Below are positions 14,901 through 28,477 of a DNA stretch of 64,000 nt, piece after piece. The stretch's first letter is position 1. Each line of letters opens with the position of its first letter. The notes below the pieces were generated by a model, which was not told the origin of the DNA, searched no databases, and worked only from the letters and a program-made list of their open reading frames with translations. Source of the stretch: Octopus sinensis (lineage: Eukaryota); contig NC_043000.1 of the NCBI RefSeq assembly GCF_006345805.1, forward strand, positions 64,170,001-64,234,000, in the 5' to 3' direction. The position numbers and the translations under genes are program-made.

Positions 14901-17900
14901 ATGCAAAAATATTGATTATACTTCTACAATTCACAAAATATTTTAGCAATTTTTTTAATGCAATTCCTAATAGTATTTAATTATAAAAATATGATGGGAT
15001 TGCTTTAAAACTGCAAATGGCTACAGGGGTCTAGTTAAAGAAAAAGAGGAATCAAAAGAATTCACAGGCAAAAAATGGTTGAGAATTATTATCTACCTCA
15101 ATAAAATTATTGCAAGTATGCATTTTCATATATATATCCGGACTTTGCCCTATATAGTAACTAGTAGCAGACTAAAAGTAGCAGAAGTTGATATAGTAAC
15201 ATTCTTTTTGAATTCTCATTGCAGGCTAGAGAAAAGTTTGCAGATATTTCCACTAATATTTCTTCAATTATGGAAAAAAATAAAAAAAGTAAGTTATTGT
15301 TGATATTTATTATTTTAATGTAGTCAGTATCCCATTATTTTTCGTAACTGGCTCAAAGTGTATTTTGTTCCATATTCTACTTTTTCCTGTTTGCATACAC
15401 TAGATGGATTTGCAAATTTGAATATTTCAGTAGATTTATGTTGAATTATGAACTTGTTCATAATTCAACAGAGATTGACATGAACTTGTTATATTCACTG
15501 TATGTGCTTTATTTTTTATTTCCTCGGAAATTTTATTTTTAGCTTCTTTTATGACTTAAAATTTGGTGGCATAAGTAATAAGGTGCCTTACTGTAAATTA
15601 ATACCACAATGTTATTAAGAGATACAGAAGATAAATTGAAAGGCTGACATGCTGCAGGACCAAGGATTGACAGCTTGTAGCCAGCCACCAACATTTTGTT
15701 ATCTAAAGAGCTAAAATATTTTACTCTCACCGATGCCTGTCAAACACATAATGTAAGTAGGTAGAACACACTGTTGAAAAAAATGAATGCTCTAATGTCA
15801 GCATGTGTTGTTAGCTTACAGTGCCAAGTTCAAAGCTTTTCATTAGCAAAACCTGTGACCAGATGTTCTATCTAATAGATGAAATGCCTCTTAACTGCTT
15901 GAAAGTTGATGAAAAATATTATGTTATTTCTCTTAGCTATAGAATAACTAGAGTAAAGAAGGTGCTAAGACAAAGATTGATTCAGTGTGTTATAAAAGGT
16001 TTCTGTAATTATCTTCCAGTTAAATTCCCCATTGCATTTTGTTAATTCCAATGTTGGTACTTGAAATGTATCTCTCTTTAGCTAATGTTTTTTTAAATTT
16101 TATTTAGATGTTCAAAAACGTCTCACCGAAGTAACGGACAATGTTGATAGTGCATTGAAAAAACTTGATAAATCAAAAGAAGTAAGTATTATTTCTTCCT
16201 TTGCCTTCATGTATCTCAAAGTCAGCAGAAGTAAATCTTGATGGGAAATACTGACTATAAAACTAAAGAAAATACCTAATAACCTTGGCTTATTAGAGCA
16301 TAATTAACACAACATATCACCATCACTACTAAATTTAACAGCTGATGGTCCATCAACATAGCTGCCTCCTTTCAATGTTTTTCATTCACTGTTCTGGTCA
16401 CACTTGGGTTATTTTAGTTCATTCTTTTAACTCCTATACTTAATTTAATAATCTGTTTATCTCTGTTGAATGGTTGAGTTCACTTAAGCCACATTACTCC
16501 CAAGACCTGATTTACTTAGGTTAATTACAATTTGCATACACATCGTTTTCTTTATCCAGTTTTCCATGGTAGCATGGGTTAGTTGAATATATTATTGAGA
16601 CATTGCTTTACTGCTGGGTGCCTTTCCTATCACTAACCATTAACTTGTTTTCAAGTAAATGATCTCCTATTTCACATTTTTGAAGGTGCAAAACACACTA
16701 TATAAAAAAAAAAACAAGGTCCCAGATTTGAAGTCAGTTTGATAAGTGTTATGCACAAAATTCTCAGACCTTGAATCACTTTCGTAACTTTCTGTTAATT
16801 AAAAGTTTAATAAAAGTGTGTTTGTGTACCTGCATGTCTTTCTGTCTGTCTGTCTGCATGCATGTATCTATATCTACAAAAAAATTACTTTCATGAAAGC
16901 TAACATGCAAATGAGATAAAGAAGCAAAAAAATAAAACACTAATATAGGGTGACCCAAAAGTAGGTTTACAATTATCATGCAGGCACTTTAAATTTCTTT
17001 TAAAACATTTTATTACATTTAAGTTACTATCTTACAAATAACTGAATTAGCATAGAATAATGGTTTCATATATTTTTATAATTAAGATCTAAACTGTTAG
17101 TATATGAATGTGGAAGAGATAGTTGAGTAACTGTAAACCTACTTTTGGGCCACCCTGTACATGCATGGATATAGTGAAGAATTTACATGGTGGACCAGAA
17201 TGACATGCATCGCTCAATTTGAAAGAGCTTTCTTGTTTCAATATCCTGTGTGGAGCATTCTTTCAAGAAAAAGAAAACTTGAAGAGACAGGTTCTGGTTA
17301 TACTTTCTTTTATAAAGTAAAAAGTGAAAAGCATCAGGATTGAGACCATCAACAAGATAAAAAATATATCCTCTTTTCCAGAACAGAACCGAGTGCTGAT
17401 GACTTGGCTCAACTGATCACTGTCTCATCATCATACACATAAAAATCATCATTTTGTTAAATCATAAAACTAACAGTCATTATCATTTTGAAGAAAACAT
17501 AACATTTCAAAGCTTGAAAATTAGAGACACATTTCAAACAGATCTTCATCTAGAACTGATTTCAAACCCTACATTAATCACTCTCTTGATGAAAAATAGT
17601 CATCAATTTGAAATATCATCACTGAGATAGCATATGCTGTCGTATTTCATTAAAGCGGAGCCAAACCTGGTTTGACTATAAAAACTATGAAATCAAGCAA
17701 CTCATTAATGGAAGTGAAATGCTTGGATGTCACACAAACAAAACTTAAGATCAATTTTTTTTTTTTTTTACTTCATCTCATTTGCATTTCACCTTTCATT
17801 TAAGTTAACACTTGCTCCACTCATCTATTTCTGGTCTTCATTGATCTTCCATGTTCAATGATCATGTCTTATTATTATTCATAACATCACAGTTACACAT

Positions 17901-20900
17901 ATTTTAGTCTTACATTTGGAAGGAGAAAGAAACATTTTATTGCTTACAGAGTTACCAACTGTCTGCACTTTCACCCCTTTCTTACTCTAATCACTATACT
18001 GTCACTACAACAACCCTAGTAACTTATTTAGATCATTTCGGTGTGGAAACTTATTGGAGGGACAAATTCTGTTACTGGATGATATGTTTAATTTGGCCTG
18101 GTTTATACCATCACTTTGTGCTTGTGTGTTTTTGCTGAATCCACTCTATTGCTGGCATTCAGACAACCTGAAAAAGGTTGAACACTGCTCTTCCTCCTCT
18201 TAGTAACAGTAGATCGAGCACAGCCATCTATCTGAAGGGGTTTGTGATTTGTTCGCCCTCCTACTTACTAGGACTTTGGTTTCTGCAACATTGACTCTAA
18301 GGCCCTTTGATTCTAAAACTTGCTTCCACACCTGGAATTTCTTCTAGTTCTGGTAGTGATTCCTCTATGAGAGCAAGGTCATCAGCATAGAGGAGCTCCC
18401 AAGGGCAGCCTGTCTTCAATTCCTCTGTTGTTGCCTGGAGAACTATGATGAATAAGAGGACGCTGAGGGCTGATTCTTGGTGAACCCCTACTTCTATTTG
18501 GAATTTTTCGCTATACTCATTGCTGACCCTTACCTTACTGACAGCATCCCTGTACAGCTCTTATTAACCACTCATCAATCCCCAGTTTCCCCATCACCCA
18601 CCAGATAAGGGATGAGGAGACCCTGTCAAATGCTTTCTTAAAGTCAACAAGAGCCAAGTATAGGGGTTTATCTTTGCCTAGGTATTTCTCCTCCAGTTGC
18701 CATACCAGGAATATAGCATCAGTGGTGCTTTTACCTGGTACAAAACCAAACTGCATCTCATCTAAGCAGACTCTCTCCCTAATTAGTTGGGCTATGACCA
18801 TCTCTATGACCTTCATTGCCTGATCCAGCAGTTTGATACCCCTGTAGTTATTTCTATCTAAAGCATCCCCTTTACCTTTATAGCAGTTGACTATGGTGCT
18901 GCTATGCCAGTCATTGGGTATGACTCCTTTGTGAACTACCTGGTTTACAATACAGGTGACTAGGCCATGACCCACACCACCAGATATTAGTAAATAAATA
19001 ATACATAAATAAATAAATGTACTTACACTAATTATACAGCACTGAGTTCCCATACAAATTGAGCAAGCTCACTTCACAGATATCACTGAATTGAAATGAA
19101 TGCATAAACCCAATCATTAATTACAATTGGACATTTAGAGAAAGTAAATGTTTGACATCTAGTCAAGCTATATCAACATAGTCAATAAGGAAACCCCTGT
19201 GTAGTCACTTAACTATCTAGAAATAGAGCCAAACTTCCTTTAAAATCACACTCAACCTTCTTAAGGAATGACACATTGGATAATGTAGTTCTAGATATAC
19301 TATGCCTGAAGAAAAGAAAATGGGATAGTCATGACTGAGGTACCTGTATTCATCAGTCTACTTGATTAGAACTGACTTAGTGTTAAGCAACATAAAAACA
19401 AATAAAACAGCAAAATAATTTTTCATTTCCACACTTTAAAACTTCAGCATAGCAAACATAATTTGTACCTGAAAAGGATTGACATGTAGACATTTTTTAA
19501 AGTCAAACAATATTTCTTGGCTGTAACTATTCTAGGATTGTCAGAGATGATTTGATTTTAAAAATGTCTTGTTTTACATATACAATTTTTCTGTCTTTAA
19601 ACAGGATATTCCACTTGACCAGCTCACTAACATAATAAATGATGCTGAAGAATATCGCCGTGCACATGTAGACTATGTTAACATTCCGTGAGTCACTCTT
19701 TCTTATTGAATTTTGTTGAGAATAATTTAAAATTTATTGTATTTTTTTTTTGAAAAATTTATGATTTTTTTAATGTCATATATGATACTTTCATTTATTA
19801 ATATTTTACAATTGTTTTCTTTTTTGTTTTGTTTTTCATTTAGATGGTACATTGGTTTAGGTGCAGCATCTATACTCCTATTAATTGTCATATTCATTTA
19901 TCTTGGGATCCTTTTTGGATTGTGTGGAGAACGACATGGTGAAAATAGTAATTGTTGTAACAAAAATGTTGCTGCTAACTTTCTTCTAACGTGAGTGAAA
20001 CTAATAATGTTGTTTTTCTTTGCATTGGTATTTTTAGATGTCTTAAATTTATAAATTATCTCTTATAAATCAGTTGGAATATTTAAAAAAAAAAAGTTTT
20101 ATTAAAAATACTACTGGAAAATCTACTAAAAGTAAAGACAGAGATATGTGTAAGTGTTATTTAAATACCACCGTAATTTTTTTATACCATGCAAGCAGAT
20201 ATAAAACTTCCCCTCCAAGAAGTACTAAGAATATTTTGAGTTGTCTAGAAAATTAAATGTGATAGTGATTTTTTTTTTTTATTTCAGTGCTGTTGGATTC
20301 TTCTTCCTATTTTCTTGGATACTGATGATACTTGTAATTGTCTACTTTGTCCTTGGTGGTGTTCTCTACACTGAAGGCTGCCGTTACATTGATCGTTCAC
20401 ATCCACAACGTCTTCAGGTAACAATCTTCTGACTTCATCTTTAAACATTTATAGACATAAACAGATTACAAATTTTAGGAGGCAGGGGTCAGTGAAACAA
20501 TTATGTAAATCCTCTTGATGTTGCTTTTCCAGATGTCTTGCCATCTGTTTCCTTTAAACTTTAGGATTTGTCATCCTCTCTTGACAATCATAGTTAACCA
20601 ATTTGGTGCCCTAGCCTGCTGTTCATAGCTGCTGTCTTTTCCAGGACACGATACAGTGACAGTGATGGAATATGAACATAACTATTCAACCGAGATGCTG
20701 AAACTTTTTCCTTTTGACCATTGCAGTGTCTGTATAAACTATTCAAACCCCTTCATATGAGATGTGTTAAAAAAGTATCTGACCTTTGGGCATAAAAAGA
20801 TAATTTTGTATACTTCACAAATTTTATTTAATCACCTTCAAAATACTTTCCTTCAGAGTTCACACACTTCTTCCAGCAGTTCTGCCACTAATGGTAACAT

Positions 20901-23900
20901 CTCTGGAATATAGAGATCCACTGTCGCTTTTCTCATAATTTCATCTCATGACTTGAATCACTTGTCTTTCAGTGTGGCTTCAGTTTAGGGAAAAACCAGA
21001 AGTCACACAGTGCCAGGTAAGGAGAGTAGGGAACCTGTCAAACAAGTGGTGTGTTATTCTTGACCAGGAAAGCTTGAATTACGAGGTGTGTTCAAAAGTA
21101 TCCAACTTTACTTTCTTACCGGCACTCTCTCCATGCACAAATCCACCATTAAAATGGAATGTACTGATCCTTCATGAGTAATTTCTTGGATTGTTACACA
21201 ATGGTCTTCTATGACTATTCACCAAGTCTTTACAATCAGCTCCTTGTTTCATCTTGTGAATGACCTACCTGAACAATCTTTGCTCTCCACTGAGGTGTAG
21301 CCATGTTTGAAGCAGTTGTACTACTCCTTGATCTGAGTTTTGACCATTGCATCATTACCAAAGACCTGTTGAATCTTCTGGATGGTTTGAGCTTGAGTAT
21401 CACCAAGCTTTTTGCAAAACTTGATACAATGACTCTACTTGGTGTGTTAGGTCATCTTGCTTGAAAGCAAAAATCCAACAAGTGCACATCTATACTCAAG
21501 GCATAGTAGTTCAAAATTGAAGTGGTCTACTAGCAGATGTATGAAATTGTTCATGCATGTGCAGGAAAGGTAAGGTCACCTCCCATCCAAAGGATTTTGC
21601 CTGTGTGACATTGGTTTTAGTGGGGAAAAAAATAAAGTTCAATATTTTTTGAATGCACTTCATAGATTACCATTTCATTTGTCAATTTTCTCTTAGGAAT
21701 CTTGCATAGTTTTACTTCAAGATGTCAACTGGTCAGCTCTTCACTTTGATTTAATATATTAAGCATGAGTTTAAAATTAAAAAAATGCAGGCACAATCTT
21801 TAATGATTTAGCAGCAATTTACATTAAAAGAAAAGTTATTTAGAATGTCTTTTTGGGTCAAAATCTCTAAAGATTCTAGTTAAATATAGGGACTTCAAGG
21901 TGTAGATGGCTTCTGCCAAAGCAGTGTTTTGGCATTATTCCTGTACATCTATGTTCATGAAAACCTCCTTGAGATTTTAATACTAGTTGGATCAACTGTG
22001 TTGTCCCTCAAATAAAATGCAGTGTTGGAATATACTCTGTTATAAACTATTTACATACCTTCATTGATTGCTTTTCCATTCATTTTACTGTTAATCTTTA
22101 TTTGGGGAACATGCATAGATATACACATTTTGTATGAAAATCATAGTTTTTCTGTAACTGAAGTGACGTTGAACTTAGTTCTTGCTAACCTTATTCTGTA
22201 TAACTGAAATGCCCAGAAAGAAATATCAATATTCATGTCAACTGTAAATCTCCAGCTAACAACATCCATCTGAGAATTCTCCCATTGAAACAGAGTTACT
22301 TAAACTATCTCCAAGTTAGTCAGTTTATCACAAGTTTTCTGTATAATATCAAACCACACTATTGATTAGACAAGAATTTGTCAAGTAAAACAACAAACCA
22401 TGGATTTCTTGATTCAGAGTTCATTGTTGCAACAGTCTTTCACTATTAATAATGTGGGAATATATGAAGGCAAGAGCTGCCAAAAACCCCCCACTTGAAA
22501 TGCTTTTAGGTTTGAGGTGATGAGTCTCGTTTGTTATTAATCACTTCAGTAAATGAACATAAACTAAGATTTGCCATTTAATGTTGCTTTATTAATTACA
22601 GCTGATAGATAGTTTATCTTAATTTGGATTTTCTAATTATTTGTAGCCATTTTTGTCACCCTTCAATACCTCTTATACTTTTGAGAACCAAGTCGTGGGC
22701 ATCCGAGCTTACCAAATTCTGGAGTAAGTATTATGTTCTCAAATATTATAATCTTCTTACCACATAGCCACACCTGTGTCTATATGTATTGATTTTTAAA
22801 AACAAATTTTCATACTATCAATCTTTTGTTCAGTGCAGTTTAATTTTTTGTTTTCCCTTTTACTTTAATTCCTACATATTGAATGCAACATTCAGATGTA
22901 AGTCACATGAATTTCTGTGCTACTAATTAAAAGTCTGCTACTATTTAAATGAAACTCTCTTTGATGTGTTTATAAAATGTTTAATGATTGTCAACTGATA
23001 TCTCATTTTATTGAATGCTTTCTCAGTATTAAAATACTATGGAACCCATTTATTTTATCTTTTATTTTTTACTTGTTCCAGTCATTTGACTGTGGCTATA
23101 TCATGGCATCCCCTTGAAATGCTTAGTCAATCAGATTGACCCTAGAACTTTTTTTTTTAAAAACCTAGTATTCTATCGCTCTCTTTTGCAAACCACTAAG
23201 ATACAGAGATGTAAACACACCGACACTGGTAATCAAGCAATGGTAGGGGACAAACACACACACACATATAAATACAATGGGCTTCTTTCAGTTTCCATCT
23301 ACCAAATCCACTTTGGTTAGCTCAAGACTATAGTAGAAGACACTTGCCTAAAGTGCCATGCAATGAGACTGAACCTGGAACCATGTGGCTTGGATGCTAA
23401 AAATTATTGAACAAAAGATTCTAGTTAAATGTTTTCTTTCACTGTCTCTAATGCCTGTTTTTCATCTTCTTTCAGAAACTGTGGAAAAAATTATTCATTA
23501 TTCAATGCTATAGGGCTGGACCGAAATATCACTAACTCAGTCATTGATATAAATGTGAGTTCAAAATCAAATCGTTTATTTGCAGAAATGTAAAATTTCA
23601 TTAAAATTTGTTAAATTGTCATCATTTAACATCCGTTTTCCATGCTGGTGTCGGTTGGATGGTTTGACAGAAGATAGCAAGCCAGGAAACTGCATCAGGC
23701 TTCACTGTTTTGGCATGATTTTTACAGCTGGATGCCCTTCCTAACACCAACCACCTTACAAAATAGACTGAGGGTTTTTTCATGTGGTACTAGCATGACA
23801 TGGTTTTTATGGCTGGATGCCCTTCCGATTGCCACCCACTTTACCATATGGACTGGAAATGTTTTTACATGGCATCAGCACCAGCAGGGTTACTAAGTAA

Positions 23901-26900
23901 CTTGCAAAACAAAGATCCTTTGAGAGGTGGGATATTGGAGGAGGTTGCCTTGTAGCAGGCAATGAGAGGTTAGTGTGACAAAGGGACAGAAACAGGTACC
24001 TAGCTATAGAAGAGATACATGGTTACCCTGTCTGGGGGAGAGAGATTGATCAAGAATGAGAGAGAGATATAGAGAGATGGTAGCAATGTGTCACAGCATC
24101 CTCTCAAGGTATGGGCATGAGAATACAAATGGGATGGTAGAGAATTGCTAAAGGTGCATGTGTAGAGAGTAGGGAATTCACATGAATGCAAAGAGGGGAG
24201 AGAGAGTGCAGTGACTGGTGAAACCTGGGTATATAGAGGAGTGGGGAACAACAGGATAACAATGATACAGTGGGCGGGGCACGAAAGACGGAATTGGGCT
24301 GCAAGAATGGGGAAGGAGAGATGTAAAAATACATTTGTGAGGGGGCAGGGTTCTCATCAAAAAATAATTTTTGTCATAAAAAGATAAGTCATTATTTTTC
24401 TTGTGAACTGCGTCAGATAAAAGGCAAGTTTTGTAATTATTGGTGATTAATTTTTGATTCATTGTCACATCTTAATATGCAAGTAACTAGGCAATTTTTC
24501 AATAGATGTATTGTTAGACCAACCATTTAACTTTGACATGAGACTAATATGCTGTTTAATTTGACAAACATGAAATAGTGGTTGAAACTCTAGGAAACGA
24601 AGTTGTTGTTTCATTTGTTTGAACTTTTAGCATTCAGATTACTCTGTCAAAAGTAATACATGTTCATTCACATTGATTTTAATTAATCATCAATTATCTC
24701 ATAGCTTTGAGATTTCAGTGATGTGATTGTTGATTTTTACAATGATCTTGTTAAGTAGGTGTGAGAGACCAGATCTGGCCAGTTTGAACATTAAGCAGGT
24801 AGGGAATTTTGTGCTGGATATAGCCAGTTTCATTGATAAAGGGTTAAACCTTGTTTTTCAATTATGTGGCTCTATTCAGCTACAAAACAAGAACAGATTA
24901 TGCAATCATTGCATTATACCTTAGGCAAGGCAAACTGGCTTACCTCAGTCGAGTGTACTGAAAATAGGCACTGCCTCTCTTACTTCATGCTTAATTATAT
25001 TTAAGACTGTATATACAAATTAAGCATATACTCTAGCAACCTCTATACAAATTATCATTATTTTACATCCATTTTTTCATGTTGGCATGAGGCAGACAGG
25101 TTTTTTCAGGCAGCATTTTACAGCTGGATGCTCTTTCTGTGGCCAAATCTTATAGTTGTCTCTTATGACTTGCAGGGACATGGTGTGTCTGTTCTAATGC
25201 TGGGATACATGTCTATTATTTTGAGAATTATAATAGACTAAACATCTAGTTCGATTCTGAATGCCTTCATTCAATCACATTAGTAGCTGTCTAGCTGATC
25301 AGTTATAGCTCTTGAACTGATTTGGTTAAAAGAAATGACAACAGTAATAATAAGAAAACAACATACTTAAATAAAACTGAAGTACTGTATTATCTAAATT
25401 ATTACTCATTGGAATCTTAAAAGCATGCCTAAACAAAAGAAATCCATTCCATTATTGCTGATATGAAAAAAATAGATCTAAAATAGTTTTGAAAGAAGGG
25501 AAAACACCTCTAGAGATGATTTATCTTTGGGAGATATATATATCTATATTTAACAGCAATAATATAACAACCAGTTAATGATGTAGATTAATAAATACAA
25601 ACAAGTTGCAGAATGTAGGTACGCCTGGCAAGAACTCAACTGTCAGTTAAACATATTTGAAATCTGATGAGTACACTATGCATGAAAGTGCTAATTTTGT
25701 TAAAATGCCATAATAAAAAAAAACATGAAAACCAGACTATGTTTTAACTTTATTCAACTGATATATTATTCTATACACATTTACACAAATTTGAAACAAA
25801 ATATATATATACACACATGCATGCACACACACACACACTTCACTTCATCATCATCATTGTTTTAATGTCCACTTCCCCATGCTTGTATGGAGCAGACTGA
25901 ACTTGTTGGAGTAGATTTTCTCTGGCTGGATGCCATTGGAAATCTTCCCTGTCTATCTTGTAGCAAAGTAACATTTCTTCATGGCTAGACATGTTTTCAC
26001 AGAAAATTGAAAATGGACATCACTTATTTGACGGTGACACTCATTAAATATTACCATGTGATGTCAAGACTAGGTGACACACACACACACCTATACCAAG
26101 CCATGCCTGATGATTGCTAATTTACCTTTCCACACTCCGAGGTTTCTTCAGTTTGAAGCCATTTGGCAGCGTGCATTGACTAGTATGAGACTAAATGTTT
26201 AATATTGTGTAAATCACAGAGAGAGAGGGCTTTCAGTTTCTGTCTACCAGATCCACTTTAAAAGCTTTGGTCAATCCAGGGCTATAGTAGATCAAGTTTC
26301 TGTGCAGTGGGACTGAACCTGAAACCACATGAGATGAGAGAAGAGAGAAATAATTATGTACTTTATTCATATGTAATATTTATTCATTTAATTTTTCAGG
26401 AACTAAATAAAGCGCTAAAGAACTTATCAAATAAGGAAATTAAAATTGATAAAGTCTCTTTAATCACTCCTGAACTACAAAATAAACTGGATATATTCAA
26501 AGACCCTAAGAGTTTCCATATTAATATATCTGAGTATGAAGAAGAGGTAAGTTGGCAGTTAACATTTACCATTAATTTCATGTGGCCAAAATAAATATAA
26601 AACACATTGTTAGGAAAGATTATTTTCTTCACATTCCTTGTTTATGGTTTTGTTATTAATTATACCAATTTGAGGTGCTAAATCTGTATTTTGAAGGTAT
26701 TCTCCAATAATTGAAATGAGTTAAAGATTAATATAATCGTTTATGTTGTTTGAATATTTTATAAATTTGTTATAACCTATAATACCTGTAATTTTTTTTA
26801 GAAAAATTAGCAGAATTAAATCAAGAATTTGAAAAGCTAGAATTTGTTGATTGATGCTGAAAATAATAGTTCATGACAAATTAGATATTTAACCAGCTCG

Positions 26901-28438
26901 GACATATATTAAAAAACTAATGACTTCCAAAAACCCTAGGAGAGAAAGAGGGAAGCGAGTTCTGTTAGAACTCTCTGTCCCTTTGGAGAGTTGCATCAAA
27001 GAGGATAGCAAGAGTAAAGGAAAGAAATATGCTGAGCTAGTGGAGTTGTGCCAAAGCAATGGGTAGTGAACAGGATGTGATCCCATTGAGATGGTATGCA
27101 GAGGGTTTGCAAGCCAGTCCTGCTACAGAGCACATAACATAGTTGACATAGGGACCAGAAGGCCTTCAAGTTGGCTGTGGAGGCAACAAAGTTTGCCTCA
27201 AAGTGGTTGTGAATCAGAAAGTGCAAGCCTTTAAAAGTGTAATGCTACCAGGGGTAGTGCTAACTGGATGCAAGCTTGATCAACCCTGGCTAGGTCATCT
27301 AAGTGAATGTGCCTGATAATGAGAGAGCTGAAACATCACTGCTGATGTGCCCTGGTGCATCACAGGAAGATGTATGGAAAAATATCTATTGCACATATTT
27401 ATTTAGAAATACAAATTAACCTAATTTTTCAACTGCTGGTGATTTTGATATGTCTGTAACTATATTTCCAATGTTTATAATTTTCAATTAGTCTCCAGCA
27501 TAATCAAGAATTTGAAGAAATTTTATTAATTTTTCATTCTTATGCTTTCATTTGGAATATAATAAAATGTTCAATTATAAAATTATGATGGATGGTTTTA
27601 AACTGGAAGATCTCTGTCATAAAACTAGAGGAAGTTTCATACAGATTGTTGTTAAAAGATTAAAGTAACCTTAGTCAACTTTGTTTGAACTAAGATACAA
27701 GAATAGTCAATTGAATACTTAGAAAATAATCTGAGTTTAGCAATCCAGACATACAAATGTAACATCTTTATCATGTTACTATCAGTTGGCCTTTGATATT
27801 TTAACTAGCCATTTTAAACTTGTGATCTTCATTTTAAAGACTGTAAAGGCTATATTTCACCAACTCCTCTATTGACTGATGTTTAGCCCGGTGTTGGAGA
27901 GAGTTTGTCATATAATTCAAATATTTTTAATGTTTCTTCTTTTCTATTCTCAAGCTTCATAAGGTGAGTTCAAATATTTGACCATTGTGATAGCTTGCCA
28001 CACCATCACAATGCATGGAGCACTTGTTTTCATCATTTAGCTTAGTACAAATTATTAAATGGAATCTGCTATGTTTTATAAATTTGTATGTTTATTACAG
28101 CTAAACCATAATTCTGTTAATGTTTTTTTTCTACTTTATTAATATCTAGGCTCATTAACTCCAATTTTAATTTTATTTTTTTAACATATATTGTGTTAAA
28201 AGATTCTTAAATCATTTAAATTAATAAGAGTTATTTTCTGGACATTTTGATAATATATACAAAAAAATCAACTTGTTAATTCATAAAAGTTAAGAATAGT
28301 ATTTTGTGCATGTATAAGAATTTTCACTGCATGTGTATAATATTATATATTTTATGCTGTATTAAAAAATTTAAGTGTTGTATCAAGTTTGCTTTTACGA
28401 TTTTAATTTGCACCATAATTAATATGTTTGTGTATACA

Positions 28439-28477
<39 letters not shown>

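Noticed and set aside
26790-27540. Loose inverted similarity flanking the HERO-like fragment (possible old MITE TIRs)
   Set aside because: The match is short, gapped and AT-rich, and no TSD is visible.
28101-28115. Possible extra microexon LNHNS after tttattacag
   Set aside because: The acceptor is good but the donor (TCT|gttaat) is poor, and inclusion would break the gap-free alignment to exon 13.
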